Shown here: in pieces, positions 41,295-56,339 of the stretch
How the letters are laid out: every line of letters begins with the position of its first letter
Position numbering within the stretch: position 1 is the stretch's first letter
The notes under the pieces: model-generated
The model's input: only the letters and a program-made list of their open reading frames with translations
Told to the model about the DNA's origin: nothing
The model's database searches: none
Origin: Chrysomallon squamiferum
Taxonomy: Eukaryota > Animalia > Mollusca
Direction of reading: 5' to 3'
Length of the DNA stretch: 64,000 bases
Assembly (NCBI GenBank): GCA_012295275.1
Contig: CM022672.1
Coordinates: 15,996,001 to 16,060,000 of the forward strand
Made by a program: the position numbers and the translations under genes

Positions 41295-41640
41295 TAGTAG
41301 TTGTTGCAGTTGTAACAGCAGTAGTAGTAACAGTAGTAGTAATAGTAGAAGTAGTAGTTGTAGAAGTAGTATTTATTGAAGATGTTGTTGTAGCACTAGT
41401 AGTATTTACAAAAGTTTCTTGTAGTATTAGTACTAGTAGTAGTTGATATTGTAGTAATTGTAGCTGTAGTAGTAGTAATACTATTTGTGTTCAAAGGTTG
41501 TCACAGTACTTATAAAAGTAGAACTAGTACTAGTATTTATAAAAGTAGTAGTAGAGGTAGCAATATTTATAAAGTAGCAGTTTTTGCAGTGGTAACAGCA
41601 ACTGTTGTTGTGACAGCAGGAGATGTAGTAGTTGCAGTAG
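41295..41640. repeat. Degenerate (GTA)n tract
   Basis: Directly visible. Confidence 0.85.
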
Positions 41641-41892
41641 GAATAAAGAATGGTGATATCTGAAATGTGAGAAGCTGTATTTTCCAATCCCAGGATGTTG
41701 TATGAAAGTGACAGGCAATAAGTGAAAGTGATGACTGCAGTCCAAACTGGCTGAGGTGTTAATCATATTGAAAAAAAATCTAATTCCACAATGACCTTTA
41801 GATTAATACAGATAGTAACTGAGAATTAGGAAACTTTTATCAAACTGTACACTTTACACTGTACACATAGACAGTCTGAAGTAATAAGTTTA

Positions 41893-41925
<33 letters not shown>

Positions 41926-42840
41926 TGTCTGTGTGTGTATATGTGTTTTTATATAAGTATGGGTGCTGTAAAGAAGAATCAATATATAATATAGATGTAT
42001 GTATGTGTGTGTTATTTATGGATGTTTGCATATATGTGGTTTTATTTTTCATTCATAAAAAGAAAAATAATAATAATTTTATTTTCTCCCTTGCCTTATT
42101 TAATTTAAAATATGTCTTCTCCTTAGAATGTTTTCATCTACAAGTTAATGTTTGGTATCTCTCTGTCTGTCTGTCCATGCATGCTTACGTGCCTTTGTGC
42201 ATATGTATAATACTTGCTTTTTACTGACATTATACTTTTTACAAAAATTATTTTCACCCTGCTATTTATTATTATTATTTTTTTAAATTAAAAAAGTGAA
42301 AGTTCCAATATTCTGGAGTTCTGGCATCAGAGATTAAAGCAATCTGTGAAAGCAATCATTTAAAAAATTTGTTTTATTTAATTTAATCTTCAATTTCAGG
42401 GAGTCTGGTTATTTTCAAAAATTAGGGTGAAAAATTGGTAAATGTCAAAATTAATTTAATTTTTTGTCTGCAATTTATATTATTTTATTAATTTATTATT
42501 CTGTTATTAGTATTTTTTTTTTCATTTACATCAAAGAAGTTCATTCATTTATTTTATTTATTTATTTAGTTATTTTATTTTATTTTATTTGTTTCTATTT
42601 ATTTACTTTGTTTACTTATTCATTAGTTACTCTATTTCGTTTGTTTTCTGCCATTCATTGTATTTTTTATTTATTCATTCATTGATATAAAGAAAATACA
42701 GGCTACCTGATATCCACAAAATGCTTATAAATCCATGGAAGTTAAACACAAAACACACACAGATGGATGCACACACACACATACACATATCCATGTATAC
42801 ACACACTTTAAAACAAAAGTTCAGATAGGATTTTTCTCAC

Positions 42841-42905
42841 CTGGATCCACTGATGAAATCTGCCTGCATTGACCAATATTCTACATCAAGCATGCTCAAA
42901 GCCAT
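42841..42905 (-). CDS. Candidate alternative first coding exon MALSMLDVEYWSMQADFISGS[R]
   Basis: Strong Kozak context accATGG, 21 codons, then the donor CAG|gtgaga in phase 2. Confidence 0.5.
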
Positions 42906-43781
42906 GGTATGTACTGTCCTCTTTTTTATATTGTTAATTTTTCAGTTTTTATTTGATTCATTTGTTGTGTTTTTTGCTTTGTTTGTTTTTTAGTTTCTCA
43001 AAAGACAAAACAATTTTGTAAATATAAAATTTCCAAATTGTATCCAGAATTTGAAGGAAAAAAAAAAAAAAAAAAATGATATCCTCACAAAACACTTTAA
43101 AAAGTTTACTCAGTTCATGTTGTTTTGTTTTTTTTTAATTTTATTTTTTTCTTAAATTTCTGTTACTTTTTATTTTTGATATCCAGTATTTTACTTTTTA
43201 TTTTTGGTATCCAGTATCTTTCCAGAATACAAATTCACAAATCATTTTTACTCCGAATCACCATTTGGAATGGAAAAAAAAACAACTATATAACTTTTAA
43301 CACTTCAAAAAGTTCAAAAACTTTCCACTTTCAGCACAAGATTGAAAAAATAAATAAATTAAAATTGCATTATAATAAATTAAGAAGATGCAAAATGAAA
43401 TAAAACAGAGATATGTATTATATATTACTAGGAATAAATAAAAAAAAAAAAAAAGTTAAAATCTCTACTCTGCTGTTATCAGTCACTGCATAGCCTTGAC
43501 AAAATGTAAAATATTCCAGTTTTTTTTGTTTACAAAACTGATAAACTGGGATGACATGGACTGATATAGGTGTTGATATACATTAACTATCAAAACATAG
43601 CTTGCTAATTAAAACACAGGCTGTTGTTTTAACCCAGTAAATAACCACATCCCTCATACAGGTCAACAAACTCACATACATTGTATCTAATTAATTTTCT
43701 AACTTCTCTTTCTCTACCCTTGGCTCTTAAATTATTTGTGTGAGATTTTTTAACCAGTTTTGGATGCAGAAATTGGGTATG

Positions 43782-43832
<51 letters not shown>

Positions 43833-44063
43833 TTGTATGTGCACGATTGGATATCTATCTGTTTGTATGTCTTTGAGTTTGCATGTGTGTGTATATTTGT
43901 ATTTAAGTGTGGTTATGTATATGTGAATATTTAAGTGTGGTTATGTATATGTGAATATTTAAGTGAGTATGTATGAATGTGTGTGTGTGTGTGTTTATCT
44001 GTATTTTTCTCCCAGTCTGGGCATTTCTGCCTGTCTGTCTGTGTTTCTGTCTGACTGTATGTG

Positions 44064-44094
<31 letters not shown>

Positions 44095-46924
44095 TCTTGT
44101 CTGTGTGTCTGTCTGTCTTTCTGTGTGTATACTGGTGATAGCAAACAAAGAAAGACTTGTTCTCTATCTGCAAGCGTTTATCCTAATTATGATTAATTGA
44201 TTAATTAACATGTGGTTCCAGGCCATGCTACATAATTTATCTAAAGAGTGTTGTGGATTTTTTCACATTTAAAAAAAAAAAGAAAAAAAAAGAAAGGCTT
44301 AAACAGAATAGAAAAGAGAAGTAAGAAACTTAAACATAAACTGCTTCTTTTTTAAGAAACAGAAAAGAAAAAATGTTGAAATGCAATTGGAAGGGGAAAT
44401 GGTTATTGATGGAAATTTAACCAGTATTATATATATATATATGGACATTTAAATAAGAACCTACCATTAATTAAAAAAAGATAAAACATTTTAAATACTT
44501 TCTGGCTATTACCAAAAATATCTTCAGATTACAGATTTTACCAAAATTTTGACATGACAAGATATTTGAAATATTTATGATGTTGTTAAAAAATTAAGAT
44601 AGATCCTCTCAACATTATCATAAAATTTATTTTCTCCTGTACTTAACTGCACCTCCTTTGTTAACAGAAATAACAGTATTATCTTGTATAATTTCAGCTG
44701 GCCAAAATCTGAACAGCAACAATAAATATAAAATCATTTAGATTTTCTTTTTTAAATTATTATTTTCATATTTTTGTTTTATTTATTTAATAAAACCTTA
44801 AGAAAATTTAGTTCTATAAATATTTAGGAGAAAAAGAAAAAAAACAGGTAATAAATGAATTGTTACTTGAAAAGTTCAATGAGTATATATATTTGAAGAC
44901 ACCACTCAAGTTTTAATTATCCAGTGTAATTTGTAAAACTATATTAAAGAAGAAACCTACAGACATGAATTACTTGCCATCAGTCAATAACAAAACATCT
45001 TTTATATCAACTATTGATAGGGGTACATCAACGCTACTGGAAAAGATGTCCCAGAGTCAATTTTTCAATAACTTAAAAACTAGTTTATTACTGAAATTTG
45101 TAGAAAAACAAAATGAAATCCAGGCTTCCATCTTACAGTCATTTCCTCAATTTTGGAATAAGAATAAATAATCAGAAGTGAAATTTGATTGATATAGCTT
45201 TAAAATAAATCTTCTTCTTCTTTTTGTGTTTTGATAAATAACAGTCACTGATGTAATTAAGTCGTGTGATTAAACTGACTGCAGTTTCAGCTCGGTTTCA
45301 AAATAACACAGGATTTTCTTGTTTGTAGGTGGCTTTTTTCTTCTTTTTCACATTAATAACTGTATCTTGATAAATTTAAAAACCCAGAAATAGACAGTGT
45401 AATATTTTTAATGGGGTTTTAAGAGACAATGTGTCAAAACTGGAAGTTGCTGGTAAAGAAGTATTTCTTTTTAAAATGAAGAAATTTTAGTTGAAATTTA
45501 TTATCCCTGAAAGAAAACTGGGTCCATAGCAGGATTTCAAGATTTACATGTCTACACACAGATTTATTGTAGAAACCAATGACACAATCAATCTATTTTG
45601 AAGATGTAATAATAATTATGAAACATTTTTAGGAAGTTTCTATTCATACTTGATGGATTTAGAATGTATGCAGTAACAAAACTCAGATAAACCAGTTCTT
45701 GACTCTTGGCTGATATTACCACGGATTCACTTAGAACTTCTTTTAAAAATATTTTCAAAATCTACACATTTACTTAACATTCAATAACTGTCAAATTTCA
45801 TTTAACAGATAGGTATTTTCATAAATTAAGCCTGGTATAAAAAAACAAATTCACCTCAGCCCATCTCTGAACAAGGATCATGGTCTACAGTCCAAGATCA
45901 ACTGCTAAAATCTAATATATATTCTGTAACAAGAGTGTGAGAACCTACAGATCTAATTTAAGCTTGAAATCAGCTTCACACCAGTGTTGGTACTATCAGT
46001 TATATCTCACTGCACACAAACTAATTTTACTGCTCTCATTTTTCCCACTGTTTTGACTGAAACAAGAAAGTTCCATTCTGAGATAACCACGCTGATTACA
46101 ATTGGATGATGTTAGTCATGGCTTCTTGAGTAAAGTTAATGTCTCTGTGTGTCAGAGAGACGTCTCAGTCACTGACTAGTGAGACACTTTCAGATATTTA
46201 AAGGATTCACTCTGCTATTACTTTAACATTACCGAAGTGACAGAGTTTGAATAGCTCCAAGTTGTGATCAAGTGCTGTACAAGTTGCTATAAGCAATAAC
46301 ATGTTAAAAAAAAAAGTGTTTAAACTCAAAAAAGCTATAAGCAGTATATGTTACAAGTTGTAAATTTTTGTCATTATGAAACATATATACTGTTATGATA
46401 CTGATTACATGTTACAAGTTCAAAATGTTCTTTATAATTGTAAAACTGCTATTAACAATATATAACTTATAAGTTGTAAATTTTCGTAATTTTAAAACAA
46501 CATACAAACTATGTAATGAGTTTCAACAACATTTAAGTTTTTTGTTTTTCTGAGTAATTTTGAGTAACAAATAAATAAACTACTAGAGATCTGAAGAGGC
46601 AGTTTACTCCAGACGTCAATTTTAACAATATTTACATAAAAATAAAATAAAAACTTAAATATGATGACATTAAACTGCACAGTGTAAACCAATAATGTAA
46701 ACTTGTACACTTCTGCAACTGATCATTAATAAGATTATAGTGAATTCTCCAGATAGAGGGGACTGTTTGCCAATAACTACATCATCAAAAACAATCTATC
46801 TATAACCTACAGATACTGTTGGCAGTTATCTGTATGTGAAGCAATGTCTATATTGACATAATGGAGATACTGTGAAAAGCTGGCTGCAAGTCAGACACTG
46901 AAGAAACCTTGTGATAGGATTTCT

Positions 46925-47350
46925 GATAATTAATATTAAAGATTTGTATATTCAGCGATAATTAATATCAAAAGGTTGTGTGTAGAATAGTGAATATCAA
47001 GTAAGAGCCATTAATATCAAAGATTCTGTGTAGAAAGAAACTACTATACATAATGAAATTAACATCAAAGATTTTTTCATAAAAGAAAGTACTATATATA
47101 ATGAAATTAATATAAAAACATTTTTGTAGAAAGAAAGTACTATACTGAATAAAGAAACAAAGATTTTGTATAGAAAGAAAGTACTGTACTGAATAATGAA
47201 ATAAGTATCAAAGATTTGTGTAGAAAGAAAGTACTATATTGAATAATAATATTAATATTAAACTGGGCAGTTTTAAATTGTTAATCCATGACAAAATTAA
47301 TATCCAAGGGTTGTATAGAAACAGTGATAAAATTATGATCAAAGAATTGT
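46925..47350. repeat. Degenerate minisatellite of about 50-55 bp
   Basis: Recurring ATTAATATCAAAGATTT.TGTAGAAAGAAAGTACTATA. Confidence 0.75.
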
Positions 47351-47780
47351 AGAGAAAGTATAAACATAATTAAAAATAAAAACCATTTTTTAAAGAGTTC
47401 CTTGTAAACTAAGAAAATTAACATAAAACAGTTTTGAAAATGTGTATGATATAATTATTTTATATAAAGAATGTAATTTTTTTAAACTCATTACAGAAAG
47501 ATGAAAAAAGAAAAAGCAAAAAAAAAAAAAAAGAAAAAGCTTCAGGAGTACAAGTTTAAAAGCAGTAAATAAAAAAACAAACAGTTTATTTTCTGCACAT
47601 TATAAAAAAAATTACACTTACCTTGAACAAAAATAAATCAATTTTAAATATAAACAAATGAAAAGGATTTAAATTTAAATTAAAAAAATTAATAATAATA
47701 AATAATTTTAAAATTAAAAAGAAATAATATAAACAAATATTATTTAATATTAAAAACAGATTTAAAAAAATAATTCTTAC

Positions 47781-47815
47781 CTTAAATCCATCTTAACGTC
47801 ATTGTCTTCAAGACA
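47781..47815 (-). CDS. Candidate 35-nt internal exon CLEDNDVKMDL[R] (or 5'UTR plus MDL[R])
   Basis: Minus strand reads tactaaatatctattgttatttatttttcag|TGTCTTGAAGACAATGACGTTAAGATGGATTTAAG|gtaaga. It has a branch-point-like TACTAA, a strong acceptor and a strong donor, and ends in phase 2. Confidence 0.65.
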
Positions 47816-48159
47816 CTGAAAAATAAATAACAATAGATATTTAGTAAAAATCAATTGGAGATTTAACAATTAATTGAAATTCTAAGGAACTGAATGAGCT
47901 TTATATAGAAAATGTTATTTATTTTAATTTCGGTTCTTGTATCTGTCACATGTATGTGCATGTTTTATGAAATGTTCATGAAACAAATTATATTTAGAAA
48001 AATTGATAACATTTTAAGCAACTATGGCATTAATTAATTACTGAAAATAAAATACAATCAAGAACATCATGTTAATGGAACGATTTTAAAATTCAGATAT
48101 GATACATTAACAAACAGCAAAATTTATTTTATATAACTAGACAACTGAAACAATCAAAC

Positions 48160-48262
<103 letters not shown>

Positions 48263-51200
48263 TAAAGTTATTTACTCAAATCATTATAATCAAACTTAAT
48301 TTAAAACATGTATTTCACCAATCAAACAGCCAAACAAATTAATTTGGACACTTAACTCATCAATAAAGTCACAACAAACTGGAATAATTCTAAAATTACA
48401 TGGATTTCAGCACATGACAAAACAAATTAACATGAAACAGGAGAATCAGATGTGAAAAATCAATCTAAGTAACAATTTTCAAACTGTACTTTTCAATGAA
48501 CAACTCTTTACCAAAATCATTTAAAATATTTCTTCTGAACGTAAAATCTGAAATGTTTCTGTTATTAAATTAATATCTAAAAATGCTAGTTAAATAAGGA
48601 TTTTAACATTATAAACAGTGTTTTAATTACAGGTATTTAGAAGAACCATTTTGAATAAAATTTTAAAATTATATACACACATGAAAAAATAGATGGCAGA
48701 CTTTTAATTACAGCTTGGTTGATAGCTACATGTGTTACTAAATGGATATTTATCTTAAAACATTTCATTTATTAAAAGTAACATTATTTTTATGTTATTT
48801 ATTAATTATTATTATTGATATTGTTCTTGTTGTTGTTATTTATTTATTTTTTCATTTATTTATTTATCTTTTTTATTATTCTTTCATTTATTACTATTAT
48901 TTCATTTCATTTTACTTTATTTATTTTATTTATTTATTTATTTATTTTGCATACTGATGATATGTAAAAGAAAACTTGCTGTCATGGGCTACTTTTATTA
49001 ATTATTAATGTGTCTTGCCACAGACTGAAAGCAAATTTCAAAAGCCAAGACTGAGGCACTGGTAGATCCAGAAAATACCCAACTATGGCATCTCAGAGGA
49101 TTGACCCCACAACCTGTCATACATCTTTCCAACAACCAAGCCAATGAGCATTTCCACATACTTGTGAAGTTCTGAATATATATATATTTTCTTTTTCTTT
49201 TATCATTTTAATTTTTAATTTTTTTAAAAATCAGTACTCATAAACTCTGAATAACAAAAACTTTTGATTTAAGATGCTTCCCACTAAACTAAAAACTATT
49301 AAATAATGATGTGATGAATAAATGGGAGGAAGGATGTACATTAATTTTAAAATCTTTTCAATTCTAAGATTAAGATAAAAAAAAAAAAAAAAATTGAAAA
49401 ATTGTTTTATCACAAAATGCTGATAAAAGCCATAAAACAATTTTTTAAAATCTCATCAATTTTCATAATTTTTAAAAAATGTATTTTTGTGAAGGGGTTT
49501 TTTTTTTTTTTTTTATTCTTCTGTTTTTAGAAAACTTAATAATCTTAAATTCCCGAACGAAAATATTTTCAACTAAAAAAAGGAAAAGCAAAAATCAGAA
49601 AGAGAGTAATTTTCTTTGTAACATGTTCAAAACACAAATACAACACTAAGTTTAAGAGGGTCCAAGGAAATCAGGATTTCACAGAATCCATTTGGAAAAT
49701 CAGGATTTCATTCATTCCATTTGAAAAATATTGCTCTTTGAGAGGAGTCTAAAGCTGCCCAGAATGGCTTTTCACTTTGTGTGACCCATCGCTCAAGTTC
49801 AAAACTATTTCCTTCAACAAATGGAAAGTCAAACAGGAATGAATAGAAAGTGTGCTTGGATGGTTTGACTAAAATACTCGTTTCTTTATTCATAAAAGGT
49901 GCAAAGTGTGAGTGAGTAACTAAATGAATGAGAGAGAGTGAAAATAAAGAGAGAAAGGGATGAGTGATGGAAAGAAAAAATGAGGAAGGTAGAGAAACAT
50001 ATTTGTTTAATAAAGTCACTGAAAGTAATAAAAAAAATAAAACTTTTACATTAAAAAACATTTCCTTAAAAGTAAAGAAAATAAATGCCAAATTAGCCTG
50101 CAAAAATAGTAAGAAAGAAAATTGAAATATAAATACAAAATGTTTTTCAAAAATAAATAAAGAAAGAAAACTGATAAATTCATTTTTTTTTTTTTTTAAA
50201 CTGAAGAAAGAAAAATTCCTGAAAAGGAAAAACAAAACAGGATTTTTTAATTAATTTTTTTAAAATTTATTTATTTTTTAAAACTCATCCATTTTAGCTC
50301 CAGTTTTTATATTTAAAATTTTTCAATATGGCTGGCTTTAAGACAGCCCTTTAGTGAGGCAGTGAAAAATCTTCCTAAGCATTGTAAAGATTTTCTCAAC
50401 AAAGTGAGCAACTTCCTTCCTCTGTGTGTTAAAAATATCTCACATTGTAGATATTTCTGTGAATGAAGAACATCAAGTCATTTTGGTACATGCAATACTC
50501 AGGTACTCAGTTCTCATGCTAATCTTGTTTCAAATATCAAAACCGTTCTGCAACTTTTTGTACACACAGAGCGAGAGGAAAAAAAGGATATTGTTATTTT
50601 CATGGGTTATTACATGCATTGTACCTTTTTTCTTTTTAAATTTTTGTTTATATATATATACGTATTATTGGTTTTACATAAAGCCTGATAGATATTTTTG
50701 TACTAATTTATTTTGATTTGAACTGTATTCTTTTTATATGTGTGTGTGTGTGTGTGTGTGTGTGAGAGGAGAGGCAAAGTTTAAAATCAAAAGTTAATAG
50801 ACTCTGTCTGCTTTCAAAGAGATTTATTCAAATATATCTTTAAACGAAAAAAAGTAATAGTAACAAAATAATAATAAAAATAATAAAATGCCAAAAAAAA
50901 AGAAAAAAAAAGAAAAGAAATAGCCTTATAAAATTAAAATAATATAGAAATCATACAACTGAAGATTACAGAATTTATTAATTACTAATTGCAGTTGAAA
51001 TAAACATGGTGTTTTATGCCTGCAGGTATTGTGATGTGAAATGATTTATATTGATAACTTCAGGGTAATAAACTGAAGTTCATGAAGCAACTTGTATGGA
51101 TTCACCATTAACACAGAATATTTCGAGATATTTTGATTCTCCAGAAATAGCCAAATCTCAGTTATTTAACGAACTCTTAAATTAGATTAGAGACGAAAAA

Positions 51201-52974
51201 TAATTCTTAAAAAATAATAAAATAAAATTAAGAAAAATGTAAAAAAAAAAAGGAAAAGAAAAATGAAAAAATAGCATAAATGTTAAAATTAAGAAAAAAA
51301 AAAATTAATATTAGAATGCAGAAAGAAATATATATAAAAATAAATCCATATTAATAATGACAGTTATATGTATATATATAGACAAGAAATATAATAGTAA
51401 TTATTAAAGTATGATGATGATAATGGAAGTAACATGGGTAATATTAATGTTACTAATAGCAGTAGTCGATATAGAATGTTGTAGTAGTAGTCACAGCAGA
51501 AGGTAGTAGTAGTAGTAGTGGTAAAATAAAAATAGCAGAAGCAGCAGCACAACTAGTAGCAGCAACAGCATCAATTATAATATTGTACATGTGTAATGTC
51601 TGACAATAACAACAACAACATCAACAACAACCTCTTCATATATTGAAGAATTTAAAGAAACAAAAAATATTTTAAAAATACCTACATACTTTGTCAACAG
51701 ATAAAATGGTTTCCAATTTAAAATTATTCAATCATAACAAAGATATCCAAATAAAGAAAAAAACTAATATTTTAATGTGACATTTCAGAAATCTTAATTC
51801 CATCAGTGAAAAATTAAGGAAAAAAAAATAACAAAAAGTAACAATAGAATAAAATTTAATAAATAGTAATTAACAAAATAAAGTTTTCTTTATTATTCTG
51901 TTTCAAAATAAAACTTTCATGATCACAAAGCAGAAATAAATCAATTAAGCCAGCAAGAAGGAAAGAAAATTTTAATTAGAAAAAAAACATTATATTGTCA
52001 TAAATTTTTCAACAATAAGATTTTAATTTCATTTCAGTAATGGGAAATGAAATGTTTCTTTAATGGTTCATTTAAGAGATTTAAATGTAATGACAAGATG
52101 CCAATTAACAATGGATTTTTTAATTATTTTTTTTTAATTAAAATGTCTTAAAAATCTATAGAAATTATTATGAAACACTTGTAACATTAAAGAAAAAATA
52201 TTTTTTTTATTTTCATTTTTATTTGTTGTGGTATAAAACTATTTTTTCTGTTGGGCTTGTGTGTGTGTATATGTGTGTATGTGTGTGCATGTTTTGTTTG
52301 TCCGAATGTATATGAGCATGTGTTGTGTGTATGAATGTATGTTTGTCATTGTGTGTACATGTGTATGTGTGTGCAGTACATGTGAGTGTTTGTGTTGACA
52401 CTGTGTGTTTGTCAGTATGTGTTTTTGTCTGTGTGTTAAATGTCTGTGTAACAGAAATACAGCTATTATTTAATTCTTCTAGCTGTTAAGATAGAATTAA
52501 ATCAGTATTGTTTTATAAATTATTCAATGGCTACATCAGCTAAGTCAGAAGCTATCTGAAATTGCTTGTTTTAGCTATTCTTTTACTTTGAACAGGAATC
52601 CATTTTATTCAAATTAGTTTCATACATATTTTAGTATTATCCCACTCAAAACTAACAGCAACATACTTTTTAAATTTCTATTTTATTTTCATTTTTATTT
52701 TTTTTTATTGACTTTTTTGGGGACAGAAAGAGGTACATAAAGAGGTGTCTATTTTATTCAATATTCTGTATTGATTTTTTAATTTGTTATTATTATTTTT
52801 TTTAATGTTTTCATTTTTATTTATTTTATTAGTAGTATTTTTTTTTTATCATTATCATTATTAGTAGTATTTTTTTTTTCCTTTAAAAGGTGTCTGTTTT
52901 ACTCAAATCAGCATCTCAAATATCAATAAACAAAACAACATTTTGAAGCAGTCTTCTTTTGTTTAGTTATGTTA

Positions 52975-53015
<41 letters not shown>

Positions 53016-54320
53016 TTTTATTCACTTTTGTTTTTTGTAAAAATGATCAATTGACTATATTTGGTATAAAAAAAATAATGTCTATCCAGTCTTCTCTCTT
53101 GTGGATAAAACAACAACAACAACAAACATTGTTGCAATGTGAAAAATGACACTTTTGTTGTACATTAATAAAAAAATAATCTCGTGTGTTTTATAATGAA
53201 GAGAAATTTTCTGTGCACAATGACAAATAACAAACTCCAGTGTGTTTATTTATTCATGAAGAAATGTGAGTTTTATGAACTGACTCATCTATAAGATATT
53301 AGCTGTGTATTAAGATAATGTGGTATTGACAAACAGGTAACAGGAGTTGAGGATTTATGTTTTAAAAAAAAAAACAATACAAAAAGCATTTATTCCTTTT
53401 GTTACATATTGTGTCTAGTGATTTATTAGCCTCATATTTTGTATTATTGTCATTACTGCTGTTGTTTTGTTGTTGTTATTGCTGTTGTTATGTTGTTATT
53501 ATTGGTTTTGTTTTCTTTTGGTTGACATTGTTACACTGATGTGTTATTGTTAGTTTACCCTTTTTATCTTTTGGTGTGTGTGTGGGGGAGAGAAAGAGAG
53601 AGTGAGGGAGAGAGAGAGAGAGAGTGAGAGAGTGACAGCACATGTGTATGAGTTTTTATATGTATTTGTTCTATTGCTATTGTTGTTATTTGATTTTTAA
53701 ATTCATTTTCACAAAAATTATTCAAAAAAATCATAACAAACATTTTAACGATTTAAAATTTCAAAAATAAAAGTAAATATTATTTTGGATTTCAAAATTT
53801 TAAAAAGTTGAATTTTGTCTTTGTTGAAAATGTCTGCAGTATTGAAAAAATAATTATGTAAATTAATTCATGAAGTATGTCTTTTTTTAATTTTTAAAAG
53901 AAAATTGCAAAATGGATGTGGTTTTTCTCTCCAAGATAAATGCTGTTTAGCTTTCATCTTCAAAATTTACAAGAAAAAAAAAAATTTCAAATGAGGAGAA
54001 AGGTTCACTATTTTGTTTAAATCTTTATCACTTGTTTTTTCATTATGCATTTTAATTATTATTATTATACTTTTTTTTGACTTTTTAAATTTTTCTTAAA
54101 TAGTTTGAAGAACAACAAAAAACAAAATAAAGACCAGAACAGTAAATTAGTAAAAAGAGTAAGAAAATAAACTAAATAATAAAAACTAAAATAATAAAAA
54201 ATTAAATATTAAAAAATTAATTTATCTTTTAAATTATTTAGCAATTTAAAATAAGAATAATAAATAAATCAAAAACAATAAATTAATAATATATCAGTAA
54301 CAGTAGTGGCAGCAGTGACT

Positions 54321-54327
<7 letters not shown>

Positions 54328-54366
<39 letters not shown>
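54328..54366. repeat. (TAG)n microsatellite
   Basis: Directly visible. Confidence 0.95.
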
Positions 54367-55165
54367 AACTGACAACAATTTGAACAGTAATTTACATTAC
54401 AAAAATGTGATAACAACAATAACAATGTTTATATGATGATGACAATGATAATGATGATGATAATAAATAAGTAAGGAAAAATATTTTAAATGATAGGATG
54501 ATGTCAAACTTTTTGTTTCTTTTATTGTACAATAACATGATTAAACATGACAGTTAAAAACAAAAAACGAAAGACAACAAAATAAAAATGTCATAGGATT
54601 AGTTGTTGAATACATGTTCAAAAAATATAAATGCTGAGAAACAAAAATAAAACAATAAACAAGAGAAAAGAAAGAAAAGACAAAGAAAAAAAAAAGGAAG
54701 TAAAAAAAAAAAAAAGAAATCAATAATTATTGATTATGCCACTTAGAAAACTTTTGAAAATATTTCCAGTGACAAAAAGTTTGTCATCTTTATTGATTTT
54801 ACAACTTAATTTACTTTTAATAATACCAGAAAGAAAAAAAGAGAGAAAAATACTGAAAAAGAAAAGAGAAAACAAAGATGAAAAGAGTAATGTGAAAAAA
54901 GAAATACAAAAGATTTTAATACCCTTTGGATTTACGATCATAAAAAATGTATATTTTCTTGCACAATTCTTCAATTTTTTTCATATAATTTTTTCATGTT
55001 TTTTTCTTTTTCCTTTTCTTTTTCGTTTGTTTTATACTTTTTCTTTCATTTAATTTTTATTATATATATATATTTTTTTTTTTCTTTTTTGATTTACAGA
55101 GATTTTACTTCTTTCTTTCTTTTTTAAAATATTTTTTCTTAATTTTTTAATTGTCTTCTTTGTTT

Positions 55166-55200
<35 letters not shown>

Positions 55201-56108
55201 AATAAGTTTCTTTTTAATACCTAGCCATTCATTTTACTTTCAATACTCTTTTTCTTTATTTTATTTTTAAGCTTAACAATCTTAAAGAATCTCAGAATAA
55301 AACAAAACAAAGCATAATTTCTTTAGACTCGACTGGTTGTTTTCAACATACATGCAAGTCCTCTATTCAAATTCATAACTTATTTGTTCTCTGCTCATTA
55401 TTCAAACACTAAACTTTTTGTTATCATCTGCAGTGTATGACAGAACCTAATCATTTAATCGCCTGTCTATATCCTTCCTTTCTTTTTCCAGTCAGTTTCA
55501 TTTCCTCGTCATATCTTTATAATGATAACAGTAGCAACAGATTTTAGTCATCTCTGATAAACAGTTTTAGTGGAGTTTTTTTAATTTTTTAATGTGAAGA
55601 ATGATGGTGTATGTCTGAATAGGATTTATGTTATTTTAATTTTTTTTAATTTTAATTCTTTTTATTTTTAACTTTTTTAAATTAATGCTAATTTCTGTTG
55701 ATGTTTAGTGGTTGATTTTGGGTTTTTAAATTTAGTTTTCTTATATATATATATTTTTTTATCTACATTTATTTATTTAATTTATCTTAAAACTTTTGTT
55801 TTATTTAATTTATCTTAAAACTTTTTTACACACATACCTTCATGCACGTATATACAAATAAATTTAAAAAAAATAAATAAAAAAATAGCAAAATCCTGAC
55901 TATTTAAATTGTTTTACCATTAATTTTTACATTTTCTCAGTTATAATATGAACCTTAGCACTTCATATAATCTCCTCACATTAAAAAAAGTGTCACTTCC
56001 TTTAACTCTCTAATACAGAGTGGGAAGTGATGTTTCTGATGTCACTAAGTGACAATTAACAAGAAACCAAAGCTTTGACCTCTACACAAAGAAATGACCA
56101 TGTAACTG

Positions 56109-56202
56109 CTACAGTATCATGCTTAACATCAACAGGCCAGCGATGATGCTGTTGATGACCCCTTCTGTCATGTTGCCGATGACCTCAGTCAAGCCATCAT
56201 AT
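56109..56202 (-). CDS. Possible terminal coding exon [R]YDGLTEVIGNMTEGVINSIIAGLLMLSMIL*
   Basis: cattacag acceptor, GC-richer sequence with many C/G-ending codons, and a hydrophobic C-terminus. It is the end of track ORF 56109..56402. The pyrimidine tract is weak. Confidence 0.2.
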
Positions 56203-56339
56203 CTGTAATGAATCTCATTTTGGTTCCTGATTGAATCTATTTTCATTTGTAGAGAGAATGGTGCCACAATTTCAACCATCACACACTGGGAGCAATTGGA
56301 TGATACTGTCAGTGGATTTCCATTCTTGCTACACGTGTG

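Noticed and set aside
46140-46190. Short palindromes (GAGACGTCTC, AGTCACTGACT)
   Set aside because: Too short to support a structured RNA or MITE call.
55832-55845. Minus-strand ATG AAG|gtatgt as a phase-0 partner for the 47781-47815 exon
   Set aside because: Only two codons in AT-rich DNA, with no independent support.
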